Sequence record: CP113993.1 | Length of the DNA: 64,000 nucleotides | Reading direction: 5' to 3' (one strand) | Source of the DNA: a plasmid | Shown: piece after piece, positions 1-10,384 of the stretch | How the letters are laid out: each line of letters starts with the position of its first letter | Position numbering within the stretch: position 1 is the stretch's first letter | Translations under genes and position numbers: made by a program | The notes under the pieces: generated by a model | Told to the model about the DNA's origin: nothing | Databases searched by the model: none | The model's input: only the letters and a program-made list of their open reading frames with translations

Positions 1-3
1 CCG

Positions 4-3000
4 TTGGGCGACGCGATTGAAATTGAAGCGTTACGCAACGTCTATGCGCCTCGCCCGCAGGATGAGCGCTGTGCGCTCGGTTCCGTGAAAAGTAATATGG
101 GGCATCTGGATACCGCGGCGGGCATTGCCGGACTGCTAAAAACCGTTCTGGCAGTCAGCCGCGGACAAATTCCACCCTTACTGAATTTTCACACCCCCAA
201 CCCGGCGCTGAAACTTGAAGAGAGCCCCTTTACCATACCGGTGTCAGCGCAGGCGTGGCAGGACGAAATGCGTTATGCTGGCGTCTCCTCCTTTGGTATT
301 GGCGGCACCAACTGCCATATGATCGTCGCCTCGCTGCCCGACGCGCTCAACGCGCGCCTCCCCAACACGGATGGCGGCAGAAAAAGTACCGCGTTGCTGC
401 TCAGCGCCGCCAGCGACAGCGCGTTGCGGCGGCTGGCGACGGATTATGCCGGAGCGCTAAGGGATAATGCGGATGCCAGCTCTCTGGCCTTCACGGCCCT
501 GCACGCGCGCCGTCTCGATCTTCCCTTCCGCCTGGCAGCGCCATTAAACCGTGAAACCGCTGCGGCGCTCAGTGCCTGGGCCGGTGAGAAATCGGGGGAG
601 CTGGTTTACAGCGGCCACGGTGCCAGCGGCAAGCAGGTGTGGCTGTTTACCGGCCAGGGCTCGCACTGGCGCACTATGGGTCAGACAATGTACCGGCACT
701 CAACGGCGTTTGCCGACACGCTGGATCGCTGTTTTTCCGCCTGTAGCGAAATGCTCACGCCGTCACTGCGCGAAGCGATGTTTAACCCCGATTCGGCGCA
801 GCTGGACAATATGGCCTGGGCGCAGCCAGCGATTGTCGCGTTTGAAATCGCGATGGCGGCGCACTGGCGCGCTGAAGGACTGAAGCCAGATTTCGCCATT
901 GGGCATTCCGTCGGTGAATTTGCCGCTGCCGTCGTCTGCGGACACTATACGATTGAACAGGTCATGCCACTGGTTTGTCGACGCGGAGCACTGATGCAGC
1001 AGTGCGCAAGCGGCGCAATGGTGGCGGTATTTGCAGACGAAGACACGCTGATGCCGCTGGCTCGTCAGTTTGAGCTGGATCTCGCCGCCAACAACGGTAC
1101 GCAACATACGGTATTTTCCGGGCCGGAAGCCCGTCTCGCGATATTTTGCGCCACGCTCTCGCAGCATGACATTGACTATCGTCGCCTGAGCGTAACCGGC
1201 GCGGCGCACTCCGCTTTACTGGAACCGATACTCGATCGGTTCCAGGCCGCCTGCGCGGGGCTGCACGCAGAGCCGGGGCAAATACCGATTATTTCCACGC
1301 TCACCGCCGACGTCATTGATGAGTCAACGCTCAACCAGGCGGATTACTGGCGCCGACACATGCGCCAGCCGGTGCGTTTTATCCAGAGTATCCAGATGGC
1401 GCATCAGCTCGGCGCCCGCGTTTTTCTGGAGATGGGACCTGATGCCCAGTTGGTTGCTTCCGGGCAGCGCGAATACCGCGATAACGCATACTGGATAGCC
1501 AGCGCCCGGCGTAACAAAGAGGCGAACGATGTCCTCAATCAGGCCCTGCTCCAGCTTTACGCTGCCGGCGTCGCCCTACCGTGGGCCAACCTACTGGCGG
1601 GCGATGGACAACGTATCGCTGCGCCATGTTATCCGTTTGATACTGAGCGTTACTGGAAAGAGCGCGTTTCCCCGGCCTGCGAGCCTGCCGATGCAGCACT
1701 GTCTGCCGGGCTGGAGGTGGCGAGTCGCGCCGCGGCAGCGCTCGACCACCCCCGTCTGGAAGCGCTTAAACAGTGCGCCACGCGACTGCACGCCATCTAC
1801 GTCGATCAACTGGTACAACGCTGTACCGGCGATGCCATTGAAAACGGTGTGGACGCCATGACCATCATGCGCCGTGGACGTCTGCTGCCCCGCTACCAGC
1901 AGCTACTCCAGCGCCTGCTGAATAACTGCGTGGTCGACGGCGATTACCGCTGCACCGACGGGCGATACGCTCGCGCCCGCCCCATTGAACATCAACAGCG
2001 GGAATCACTGCTGACGGAACTTGCCGGTTATTGTGAAGGTTTTCAGGCTATTCCCGACACCATCGCCCGTGCCGGCGATCGGTTATATGAAATGATGAGC
2101 GGCGCGGAAGAACCGGTGGCGATTATCTTCCCGCAAAGCGCCTCCGACGGCGTGGAGGTGTTGTATCAGGAATTCAGCTTTGGTCGCTATTTCAACCAAA
2201 TCGCCGCCGGGGTATTACGCGGCATTGTCCAGACGCGTCAGCCCCGCCAGCCATTGCGTATTCTTGAAGTTGGCGGCGGAACCGGCGGCACCACCGCGTG
2301 GCTGCTGCCGGAACTCAGCGGCGTTCCGGCGCTGGAGTACCATTTCACCGATATCTCGGCGCTGTTCACCCGCCGCGCCCAGCAGAAATTCGCCGACTAT
2401 GATTTTGTGAAGTATAGCGAGCTGGATCTCGAAAAAGAGGCGCAATCGCAGGGTTTCCTGGCACAGTCTTACGATCTCATTGTGGCGGCGAACGTGATTC
2501 ACGCCACCCGCCATATTGGCCGCACGCTCGATAATCTGCGCCCCCTGCTCAAGCCGGGCGGGCGTCTGCTGATGCGCGAAATTACCCAGCCAATGCGTCT
2601 GTTTGATTTCGTTTTCGGCCCGCTGGTTCTTCCGCTACAGGATCTCGACGCCCGCGAAGGTGAGTTATTCCTCACCACCGCTCAGTGGCAGCAACAGTGC
2701 CGCCACGCCGGATTCAGCAAAGTGGCGTGGCTACCGCAGGACGACAGCCCGACCGCCGGGATGAGCGAACATATCATTCTCGCCACGCTGCCCGGTCAGG
2801 CGGTTAGTGCCGTAACATTCACCGCACCATCAGAACCCGTGTTGGGGCAGGCGCTGACGGATAACGGTGACTATCTTGCCGACTGGTCTGATTGCGCAGG
2901 TCAGCCTGAACAGTTTAACGCCCGCTGTCAGGAGGCCTGGCGTCTGCTCTCACAGCGTCATGGCGACGCTCTGCCTGTGGAACCGCCCCTCGCCGCGGCC

Positions 3001-6000
3001 CCGGAGTGGCTGGGGGAGGTTCGCTTAAGCTGGCAAAACGAAGCCTTTTCCCGCGGTCAGATGCGCGTTGAAGCCCGTCATCCTGATGGTAAGTGGCTGC
3101 CGCTATCGCCCGCCGCGCCTCTTCCTGCACCGCAAACGCATTATCAATGGCGCTGGACGCCCCTCAACATCGCCAGCGCTGACCATCCGCTTACCTTCAA
3201 CTTCAGCGCCGGTATGCTTGCGCGCCGCGACGAGCTGGCGCAATACGGCATTATTCACGATCCGCACGCCTCTTCGCGACTGATGATTGTTGAGGAGAGC
3301 GAGGATACGCTGGCCTTAGCGGAGAAAGTGATAGCAGCGCTCACCGCCAGCGCAGCCGGATTGATTGTGGTCACTCGCCGCGCGTGGCGAGTCGAGGAAA
3401 ATGAAGCGCTCTCTGCGTCCCATCACGCGCTATGGGCCTTGCTTCGCGTCGCGGCCAACGAACAGCCGGAACGGTTGATTGCCGCCATCGATCTCGCCGA
3501 AAACACCCCGTGGGAAACGCTACATCAAGGGTTGAGCGCAGTCTCACTATCACAGCGCTGGCTTGCCGCGCGGGGTAACACCCTCTGGCTCCCTTCACTG
3601 GCGCCCAATACGGGATGCGCCGCCGAATTACCGGCAAACGTGTTTACCGGCGATAACCGCTGGCATCTGGTGACCGGAGCGTTTGGCGGATTAGGCCGTC
3701 TTGCCGTGAACTGGCTCAGAGAAAAAGGGGCGCGACGCATCGCCCTGCTGGCACCGCGCGTGGATGAGTCATGGCTACGCGATGTGGAGGGCGGGCAGAC
3801 GCGCGTCTGCCGTTGTGATGTGGGCGATACCGGGCAAATGACCACGGTTCTTGACGATCTGGCGGCCAACGGCGGCATTGCCGGAGCGATTCATGCCGCT
3901 GGCGTATTGGCTGACGCGCCCTTGCAGGAGCTTGATGACCACCAGCGGGCCGCCGTTTTTGCGGTAAAAGCGCAGGCGGCAAACCAACTGTTGCAAACCC
4001 TGCGCAACCACGACGGACGCTATCTTATTCTCTACTCTTCCGCTGCCGCCACCCTCGGCGCGCCGGGTCAGAGCGCCCATGCGCTGGCCTGCGGCTACCT
4101 GGACGGGCTGGCCCAGCAGTTTTCCACCCTTGATGCGCCGAAAACGCTCTCTGTCGCCTGGGGCGCATGGGGAGAAAGCGGTCGGGCGGCCACGCCGGAA
4201 ATGCTGGCGACGCTCGCCAACCGTGGTATGGGCGCGTTAAGCGATGCCGAAGGCTGCTGGCACCTGGAACAGGCGGTGATGCGCGGCACCCCGTGGCGAC
4301 TGGCGATGCGCGTTTTTACCGACAAAATGCCCCCGTTACAACAGGCTCTGTTTAACATCAGCGCCACAGAAAAAGCCGCCACGCCTGTCATTCCTCCTGC
4401 TGATGACAACGCCTTTAACGGCAGCCTGAGCGATGAAACGGCGGTGATGGCATGGCTGAAAAAGCGGATTGCGGTTCAGCTAAGGCTGAGCAATCCGGCA
4501 TCACTGCGCCCAAACCAGGATCTGTTACAACTCGGCATGGACTCGCTGCTCTTCCTTGAACTCAGTAGTGATATTCAGCACTACCTGGGCGTACGCATCA
4601 ATGCGGAACGGGCGTGGCAGGATCTGTCTCCTCATGGACTCACGCAGCTTATCTGTTCTAAGCCAGAGACGACGCCTGCCGCTTCGCAGCCGGAAGTGTT
4701 GCGGCACGACGCCGACGAGCGTTATGCGCCCTTCCCTTTGACGCCAATTCAGCACGCCTACTGGCTGGGGCGAACCCACCTCATTGGCTATGGCGGCGTC
4801 GCCTGTCACGTCCTGTTTGAGTGGGATAAACGCCACGATGAGTTTGATCTCGCTATACTGGAGAAAGCATGGAACCAGCTCATCGCTCGCCACGATATGT
4901 TGCGTATGGTGGTTGATGCCGACGGGCAGCAGCGAGTCCTGGCGACAACGCCTGAGTATCACATCCCTCGCGACGATCTGCGCGCGCTTTCCCCGGAAGA
5001 ACAGCGTATAGCGCTGGAAAAACGGCGGCATGAACTGAGCTATCGCGTTTTGCCTGCCGACCAGTGGCCTCTTTTTGAGCTGGTGGTCAGCAAAATCGAT
5101 GATTGCCATTACCGCCTGCACATGAACCTCGACCTTTTGCAGTTTGATGTGCAGAGTTTTAAAGTCATGATGGACGATCTGGCGCAAGTCTGGCGCGGCG
5201 AAACACTGGCGCCGCTCGATATCACCTTCCGTGATTATGTGATGGCTGAACAGGCACGCCGACAGACATCGGCATGGCACGATGCCTGGGATTACTGGCA
5301 GGAAAAACTGCCGCAACTGCCCTTAGCGCCAGAGCTGCCGGTGGTTGAAACACCCCCGGAAACGCCACACTTCACCACTTTCAAATCGACGATCGGCAAG
5401 AAAGAATGGCAGGCCGTGAAACAGCGCTGGCAGCAGCAAGGCGTCACACCGTCTGCCGCGCTGCTCACGTTGTTTGCCGCCACCCTTGAGCGCTGGAGCC
5501 GCACCACGGCATTTACGCTGAACCTGACGTTCTTCAATCGTCAGCCGATCCATCCGCAAATCAACCAGTTGATTGGTGATTTTACCTCCGTCACGCTGGT
5601 TGATTTTAACTTCTCAACGCCGGTGACGTTGCAAGAGCAGATGCAACAGACCCAACAGCGCCTCTGGCAAAACATGGCGCACAGTGAAATGAACGGTGTT
5701 GAGGTGATCCGTGAGCTGGGCCGCCTGCGCGGGTCACAACGTCAACCGCTGATGCCGGTGGTGTTTACCAGTATGCTGGGGATGACGCTGGAAGGCATGA
5801 CTATCGATCAGGCAATGAGCCATCTGTTCGGCGAACCCTGCTATGTGTTCACGCAAACGCCGCAGGTCTGGCTGGATCATCAGGTCATGGAGAGCGACGG
5901 CGAGTTGATGTTTAGCTGGTACTGCATGGACAACGTGCTGGAACCCGGCGCTGCCGAGGCAATGTTTAATGACTATTGCGCTATCCTGCAAGCCGTCATT

Positions 6001-8484
6001 GCCGCTCCTGAAAGCCTGAAGACTCTCGCCAGCGGCATCGCCGGGCACATTCCCCGTCGACGCTGGCCGCTGAACGCACAGACAGACTACGACCTGCGGG
6101 ATATTGAGCAGGCGACGCTCGAATACCCCGGCATCCGGCAGACCAGAGCGGAAATAGCCGAACAAGGTGCGTTGACGCTGGATATCGTGATGGTCGATGA
6201 TCCGTCGCCATCAGCGGCGACGCCCGATGAGCACGATCTCGCCCAGCTGGCGCTGGCGCTGCCGTTGCCTGCGCAGGTGCAGCTTGATGAACTGGAGGCG
6301 ACCTGGCGCTGGCTGGAGGCGCGTGCGCTACAGGGGATCGCGGCTACGCTAAATCGTCACGGCCTGTTTACCACGCCGGAGATCGCCCATCGCTTTAGCG
6401 CAATAGTACAGGCGCTGTCCGCGCAAGCATCTCACCAGCGTCTGCTGCGCCAGTGGCTACAGTGTCTGACGGAAAGAGAGTGGTTAATCCGCGAGGGTGA
6501 AAGCTGGCGCTGCCGCGTTCCGCTCAGCGAGATTCCTGAGCCTCAGGAAGCGTGCCCGCAAAGCCAATGGAGCCAGGCGCTGGCGCAGTATCTGGAAACC
6601 TGCATCGCCCGGCACGACGCCCTCTTCTCCGGGCAGTGTTCACCGCTGGAATTGCTGTTCAACGAGCAGCATCGCGTGACCGACGCGCTGTATCGCGACA
6701 ACCCCGCCAGCGCCTGTCTGAATCGCTATATCGCGCAGATTGCCGCCTTGTGCGGCGCAGAACGGATTCTGGAGGTTGGCGCCGGAACCGCAGCCACTAC
6801 CGCGCCGGTACTGCAGGCCACGCGGAACACGCGGCAGTCGTACCACTTCACGGACGTCTCCGCACAGTTCCTCAATGACGCCAGAGCCCGTTTCCATGAT
6901 GAATCGCGGGTGTCTTATGCCTTATTCGACATCAACCAGCCGCTGGATTTCACCGCCCACCCGGAGGCGGGTTACGACCTGATCGTTGCCGTCAATGTGC
7001 TCCACGACGCCAGCCATGTCGTCCAGACGTTGCGCAGATTAAAACTGTTGCTGAAAGCCGGCGGACGTTTGCTGATCGTTGAAGCGACGGAGCGAAACAG
7101 CGTATTCCAGCTGGCGAGCGTGGGCTTTATTGAGGGATTAAGCGGATACCGCGATTTCCGCCGCCGGGATGAGAAACCGATGCTCACCCGCTCCGCATGG
7201 CAGGAGGTTCTCGTTCAGGCCGGGTTTACAAACGAGCTGGCGTGGCCCACGCAGGAATCGTCGCCGCTGCGCCAGCATCTGCTGCTGGCGCGTTCGCCTG
7301 GCGTAAATCGCCCGAATAAAGAAGCCGTGAGCCGCTATTTACAGCAGCGCTTTGGCACCGGTCTGCCCGTTTTACAGATCCGGCAAAGAGAAACGTTATT
7401 TACGCCGCAGCATGCCCCGTCTGATGCGCTGATTGAGCCACCCAAACCCACGCCAGTTGCCGGGGGGAATCCGGCGCTGGAAAAACAGGTGGCTGAACTC
7501 TGGCAATCGCTGCTGTCTCGCCCCGTGGCAAGGCATCACGACTTTTTCGAACTGGGCGGCGACAGCCTGATGGCGACAAGGATGGTCGCGCAGCTAAACC
7601 GGAGAGGGATTGCCAGGGCTAACCTTCAGGATCTGTTCAGCCATTCGACGCTGAGCGACTTCTGCGCCCATCTACAGGCGGCTACGTCAGGAGAGGACAA
7701 CCCGGTTCCCCTTTGTCAGGGCGACGGCGAGGAAACCCTGTTTGTCTTCCACGCTTCGGACGGCGATATCAGCGCCTGGCTACCGCTCGCCAGCGCGCTG
7801 AACAGGCGCGTTTTCGGCCTGCAAGCAAAATCGCCGCTGCGCTTTGCCACGCTTGACCAGATGATCGATGAGTATGTCGGGTGCATCCGTCGCCAGCAGC
7901 CTCACGGCCCTTATGTGCTGGCGGGTTGGTCGTATGGCGCGTTTCTCGCGGCGGGTGCCGCACAGCGCCTGTACGCCAAAGGCGAGCAGGTTCGCATGGT
8001 GTTAATCGATCCCGTGTGCCGACAGGATTTCTGTTGCGACAACCGGGCGGCCCTGCTGCGCCTGTTAGCCGAAGAACAAACGCCTCTGGCGCTACCCGAA
8101 CATTTCGACCAGCAGACGCCCGACAGCCAGCTTGCTGACTTTATCGGTCTCGCTAAAACGGCCGGTATGGTGTCGCAAAACCTGACGCTGCAAGCGGCAG
8201 AAACGTGGCTCGACAACATCGCGCATCTGCTGCGTTTACTGACTGAGCATACGCCGGGCGAAAGCGTTCCGGTCCCCTGTCTCATGGTGTATGCCGCCGG
8301 GAGACCCGCGCGCTGGACGCCAGCAGAAACCGAGTGGCAGGGCTGGATAAACAACGCCGACGGCTATGTGATTGAAGCCAGCCACTGGCAAATCATGATG
8401 GAAGCTCCCCACGTTCAGGCTTGTGCGCAACACATTACGCGCTGGCTTTGCGCAACCTCAACGCAATTGGAGAACACGTTATGA
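4..8484 (+). CDS. irp1: HMWP1 / Irp1 yersiniabactin PKS-NRPS, 5'-truncated by the window edge (C-terminal 2826 aa)
   Basis: Continuous 2826-aa ORF in frame from the window start. Recognisable C-terminal ketosynthase and acyltransferase (GHSVGE), SAM methyltransferase (LEVGGGTGG), ketoreductase, carrier protein (LGMDSL), cyclization/condensation region, second methyltransferase (LEVGAGTAATT), peptidyl carrier protein (GGDSL) and thioesterase (GWSYG). Gene order irp1-ybtU-ybtT-ybtE-fyuA follows. Confidence 0.95.
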   Translation: MGDAIEIEALRNVYAPRPQDERCALGSVKSNMGHLDTAAGIAGLLKTVLAVSRGQIPPLLNFHTPNPALKLEESPFTIPVSAQAWQDEMRYAGVSSFGIGGTNCHMIVASLPDALNARLPNTDGGRKSTALLLSAASDSALRRLATDYAGALRDNADASSLAFTALHARRLDLPFRLAAPLNRETAAALSAWAGEKSGELVYSGHGASGKQVWLFTGQGSHWRTMGQTMYRHSTAFADTLDRCFSACSEMLTPSLREAMFNPDSAQLDNMAWAQPAIVAFEIAMAAHWRAEGLKPDFAIGHSVGEFAAAVVCGHYTIEQVMPLVCRRGALMQQCASGAMVAVFADEDTLMPLARQFELDLAANNGTQHTVFSGPEARLAIFCATLSQHDIDYRRLSVTGAAHSALLEPILDRFQAACAGLHAEPGQIPIISTLTADVIDESTLNQADYWRRHMRQPVRFIQSIQMAHQLGARVFLEMGPDAQLVASGQREYRDNAYWIASARRNKEANDVLNQALLQLYAAGVALPWANLLAGDGQRIAAPCYPFDTERYWKERVSPACEPADAALSAGLEVASRAAAALDHPRLEALKQCATRLHAIYVDQLVQRCTGDAIENGVDAMTIMRRGRLLPRYQQLLQRLLNNCVVDGDYRCTDGRYARARPIEHQQRESLLTELAGYCEGFQAIPDTIARAGDRLYEMMSGAEEPVAIIFPQSASDGVEVLYQEFSFGRYFNQIAAGVLRGIVQTRQPRQPLRILEVGGGTGGTTAWLLPELSGVPALEYHFTDISALFTRRAQQKFADYDFVKYSELDLEKEAQSQGFLAQSYDLIVAANVIHATRHIGRTLDNLRPLLKPGGRLLMREITQPMRLFDFVFGPLVLPLQDLDAREGELFLTTAQWQQQCRHAGFSKVAWLPQDDSPTAGMSEHIILATLPGQAVSAVTFTAPSEPVLGQALTDNGDYLADWSDCAGQPEQFNARCQEAWRLLSQRHGDALPVEPPLAAAPEWLGEVRLSWQNEAFSRGQMRVEARHPDGKWLPLSPAAPLPAPQTHYQWRWTPLNIASADHPLTFNFSAGMLARRDELAQYGIIHDPHASSRLMIVEESEDTLALAEKVIAALTASAAGLIVVTRRAWRVEENEALSASHHALWALLRVAANEQPERLIAAIDLAENTPWETLHQGLSAVSLSQRWLAARGNTLWLPSLAPNTGCAAELPANVFTGDNRWHLVTGAFGGLGRLAVNWLREKGARRIALLAPRVDESWLRDVEGGQTRVCRCDVGDTGQMTTVLDDLAANGGIAGAIHAAGVLADAPLQELDDHQRAAVFAVKAQAANQLLQTLRNHDGRYLILYSSAAATLGAPGQSAHALACGYLDGLAQQFSTLDAPKTLSVAWGAWGESGRAATPEMLATLANRGMGALSDAEGCWHLEQAVMRGTPWRLAMRVFTDKMPPLQQALFNISATEKAATPVIPPADDNAFNGSLSDETAVMAWLKKRIAVQLRLSNPASLRPNQDLLQLGMDSLLFLELSSDIQHYLGVRINAERAWQDLSPHGLTQLICSKPETTPAASQPEVLRHDADERYAPFPLTPIQHAYWLGRTHLIGYGGVACHVLFEWDKRHDEFDLAILEKAWNQLIARHDMLRMVVDADGQQRVLATTPEYHIPRDDLRALSPEEQRIALEKRRHELSYRVLPADQWPLFELVVSKIDDCHYRLHMNLDLLQFDVQSFKVMMDDLAQVWRGETLAPLDITFRDYVMAEQARRQTSAWHDAWDYWQEKLPQLPLAPELPVVETPPETPHFTTFKSTIGKKEWQAVKQRWQQQGVTPSAALLTLFAATLERWSRTTAFTLNLTFFNRQPIHPQINQLIGDFTSVTLVDFNFSTPVTLQEQMQQTQQRLWQNMAHSEMNGVEVIRELGRLRGSQRQPLMPVVFTSMLGMTLEGMTIDQAMSHLFGEPCYVFTQTPQVWLDHQVMESDGELMFSWYCMDNVLEPGAAEAMFNDYCAILQAVIAAPESLKTLASGIAGHIPRRRWPLNAQTDYDLRDIEQATLEYPGIRQTRAEIAEQGALTLDIVMVDDPSPSAATPDEHDLAQLALALPLPAQVQLDELEATWRWLEARALQGIAATLNRHGLFTTPEIAHRFSAIVQALSAQASHQRLLRQWLQCLTEREWLIREGESWRCRVPLSEIPEPQEACPQSQWSQALAQYLETCIARHDALFSGQCSPLELLFNEQHRVTDALYRDNPASACLNRYIAQIAALCGAERILEVGAGTAATTAPVLQATRNTRQSYHFTDVSAQFLNDARARFHDESRVSYALFDINQPLDFTAHPEAGYDLIVAVNVLHDASHVVQTLRRLKLLLKAGGRLLIVEATERNSVFQLASVGFIEGLSGYRDFRRRDEKPMLTRSAWQEVLVQAGFTNELAWPTQESSPLRQHLLLARSPGVNRPNKEAVSRYLQQRFGTGLPVLQIRQRETLFTPQHAPSDALIEPPKPTPVAGGNPALEKQVAELWQSLLSRPVARHHDFFELGGDSLMATRMVAQLNRRGIARANLQDLFSHSTLSDFCAHLQAATSGEDNPVPLCQGDGEETLFVFHASDGDISAWLPLASALNRRVFGLQAKSPLRFATLDQMIDEYVGCIRRQQPHGPYVLAGWSYGAFLAAGAAQRLYAKGEQVRMVLIDPVCRQDFCCDNRAALLRLLAEEQTPLALPEHFDQQTPDSQLADFIGLAKTAGMVSQNLTLQAAETWLDNIAHLLRLLTEHTPGESVPVPCLMVYAAGRPARWTPAETEWQGWINNADGYVIEASHWQIMMEAPHVQACAQHITRWLCATSTQLENTL

Positions 8485-9581
8485 TGCCGTCCGCCTCCCC
8501 AAAACAACGCGTACTGATTGTGGGCGCCAAATTTGGCGAAATGTACCTGAATGCCTTTATGCAGCCCCCGGAGGGGCTGGAACTGGTTGGCCTGCTGGCG
8601 CAAGGAAGCGCCCGTTCAAGAGAGCTGGCCCATGCGTTTGGCATTCCGCTGTATACCTCGCCGGAACAGATAACCAGAATGCCGGATATCGCCTGTATTG
8701 TCGTGCGTTCGACCGTCGCCGGAGGAACCGGTACGCAGCTTGCCAGACACTTTCTGGCGCGCGGCGTACACGTCATTCAGGAGCATCCTCTCCACCCGGA
8801 TGACATCAGTTCCTTACAAACGCTGGCGCAGGAACAGGGCTGCTGCTACTGGGTAAACACATTTTATCCGCATACGCGCGCGGGACGCACATGGCTTCGC
8901 GATGCGCAGCAACTGCGTCGCTGCCTGGCTAAAACGCCGCCGGTAGTCCACGCCACTACCAGCCGTCAGTTGCTCTACTCCACGCTGGATTTGTTGTTGC
9001 TGGCTCTGGGCGTTGATGCCGTCGCCGTGGAGTGCGACGTGGTTGGCAGCTTTGGCGATTTTCACTGTCTGAGACTCTTCTGGCCGAAGGGAGAAGCCTG
9101 CCTGCTGCTTCAGCGCTATCTCGATCCTGACGATCCAGATATGCATAGCCTTATCATGCACCGCCTGCTGCTGGGCTGGCCGGAAGGTCATCTTTCGCTG
9201 GAGGCGAGCTACGGCCCCGTCATCTGGTCATCCAGCCTGTTTGTCGCAGACCATCAGGAGAACGCTCACAGTCTCTATCGCAGACCGGAAATCCTGCGCG
9301 ATCCGCCGGGTCTGACGCGCAGCGCGGCCCCCCTGAGCTGGCATGACTGCTGCGAAACCGTCGGGCCGGAGGGTGTCAGCTGGTTGCTACACCAGTTGCG
9401 CAGCCATCTGGCGGGCGAACATCCACCAGCGGCCTGCCAAAGCGTACATCAGATCGCGTTATCACGTTTATGGCAGCAGATTCTACGTCAGACCGGCAAT
9501 GCGGAGATCAGACGCCTGACGCCGCCGCACCACGACCGGTTAGCCGGTTTCTACAACGATGATGATAAGGAGGCGCTGTGA
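8481..9581 (+). CDS. ybtU: Thiazolinyl reductase YbtU (Irp3), 366 aa
   Basis: Translation starts MMPSASPKQRVLIVGAKFGEMY. Its ATGATG start overlaps the irp1 TGA stop, implying translational coupling. The 366-aa length matches YbtU. Confidence 0.93.
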   Translation: MMPSASPKQRVLIVGAKFGEMYLNAFMQPPEGLELVGLLAQGSARSRELAHAFGIPLYTSPEQITRMPDIACIVVRSTVAGGTGTQLARHFLARGVHVIQEHPLHPDDISSLQTLAQEQGCCYWVNTFYPHTRAGRTWLRDAQQLRRCLAKTPPVVHATTSRQLLYSTLDLLLLALGVDAVAVECDVVGSFGDFHCLRLFWPKGEACLLLQRYLDPDDPDMHSLIMHRLLLGWPEGHLSLEASYGPVIWSSSLFVADHQENAHSLYRRPEILRDPPGLTRSAAPLSWHDCCETVGPEGVSWLLHQLRSHLAGEHPPAACQSVHQIALSRLWQQILRQTGNAEIRRLTPPHHDRLAGFYNDDDKEAL

Positions 9582-10381
9582 CGCAATCTGCAATGTGCAT
9601 CCCGCTGTGGCCCGCCCGGAACGGCAATACTGCGCATCTGGTCATGTGCCCTTTCGCTGGCGGCAGCAGTAGCGCGTTTCGCCACTGGCAAGCTGAGCAA
9701 CTGGCTGATTGCGCGCTTTCTCTGGTGATCTGGCCGGGGCGCGATCGCCTTCGCCATCTGGAACCGCTCAGAAGCATTACCCAACTGGCGGCACTGCTGA
9801 CGAACGAGCTGGAAGCATCCGTATCGCCTGACACGCCGCTTTTACTCGCCGGGCACAGCATGGGGGCGCAGGTGGCGTTTGAAACCTGCCGACTTCTGGA
9901 GCAACAGGGGCATGCGCCGCAAGGACTGATTATTTCCGGGTGCCATGCCCCGCATCTGCATTCTGAACGCCAGCTCAGCCATCGCGATGATGCCGACTTT
10001 ATCGCTGAACTGATAGACATTGGCGGATGTTCTCCTGAACTGCGGGAAAACCAGGAATTAATGTCGCTGTTTCTTCCTCTTCTGCGCGCTGATTTTGACG
10101 CCACCGAGAGCTATCACTACGACTCGCCCGACGTCTGCCCGCCGCTGCGCACGCCTGCGCTGTTATTGTGCGGTAGCCACGATCGCGAAGCCTCCTGGCA
10201 GCAGGTCGATGCCTGGCGTCAGTGGCTGAGCCACGTTACAGGCCCGGTGGTGATTGACGGCGATCATTTCTATCCCATTCAACAAGCCCGGTCCTTTTTT
10301 ACGCAGATTGTCCGCCATTTTCCCCATGCATTTTCTGCAATGACCGCTTTGCAAAAACAGCCCAGCACTTCAGAAAGGTGA
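9578..10381 (+). CDS. ybtT: Type II thioesterase YbtT (Irp4), 267 aa
   Basis: GTG start overlaps the ybtU stop. Contains the GHSMG alpha/beta-hydrolase motif. Length and sequence match YbtT. Confidence 0.93.
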   Translation: MTQSAMCIPLWPARNGNTAHLVMCPFAGGSSSAFRHWQAEQLADCALSLVIWPGRDRLRHLEPLRSITQLAALLTNELEASVSPDTPLLLAGHSMGAQVAFETCRLLEQQGHAPQGLIISGCHAPHLHSERQLSHRDDADFIAELIDIGGCSPELRENQELMSLFLPLLRADFDATESYHYDSPDVCPPLRTPALLLCGSHDREASWQQVDAWRQWLSHVTGPVVIDGDHFYPIQQARSFFTQIVRHFPHAFSAMTALQKQPSTSER

Positions 10382-10384
10382 CGC

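Noticed and set aside
4-8484. Many short ORFs on both strands overlapping irp1 and the other GC-rich island genes (e.g. 255-467, 763-1209, 4525-5316)
   Set aside because: Typical shadow ORFs in about 60% GC coding DNA. The long in-frame PKS/NRPS ORF with conserved domain motifs explains the region.
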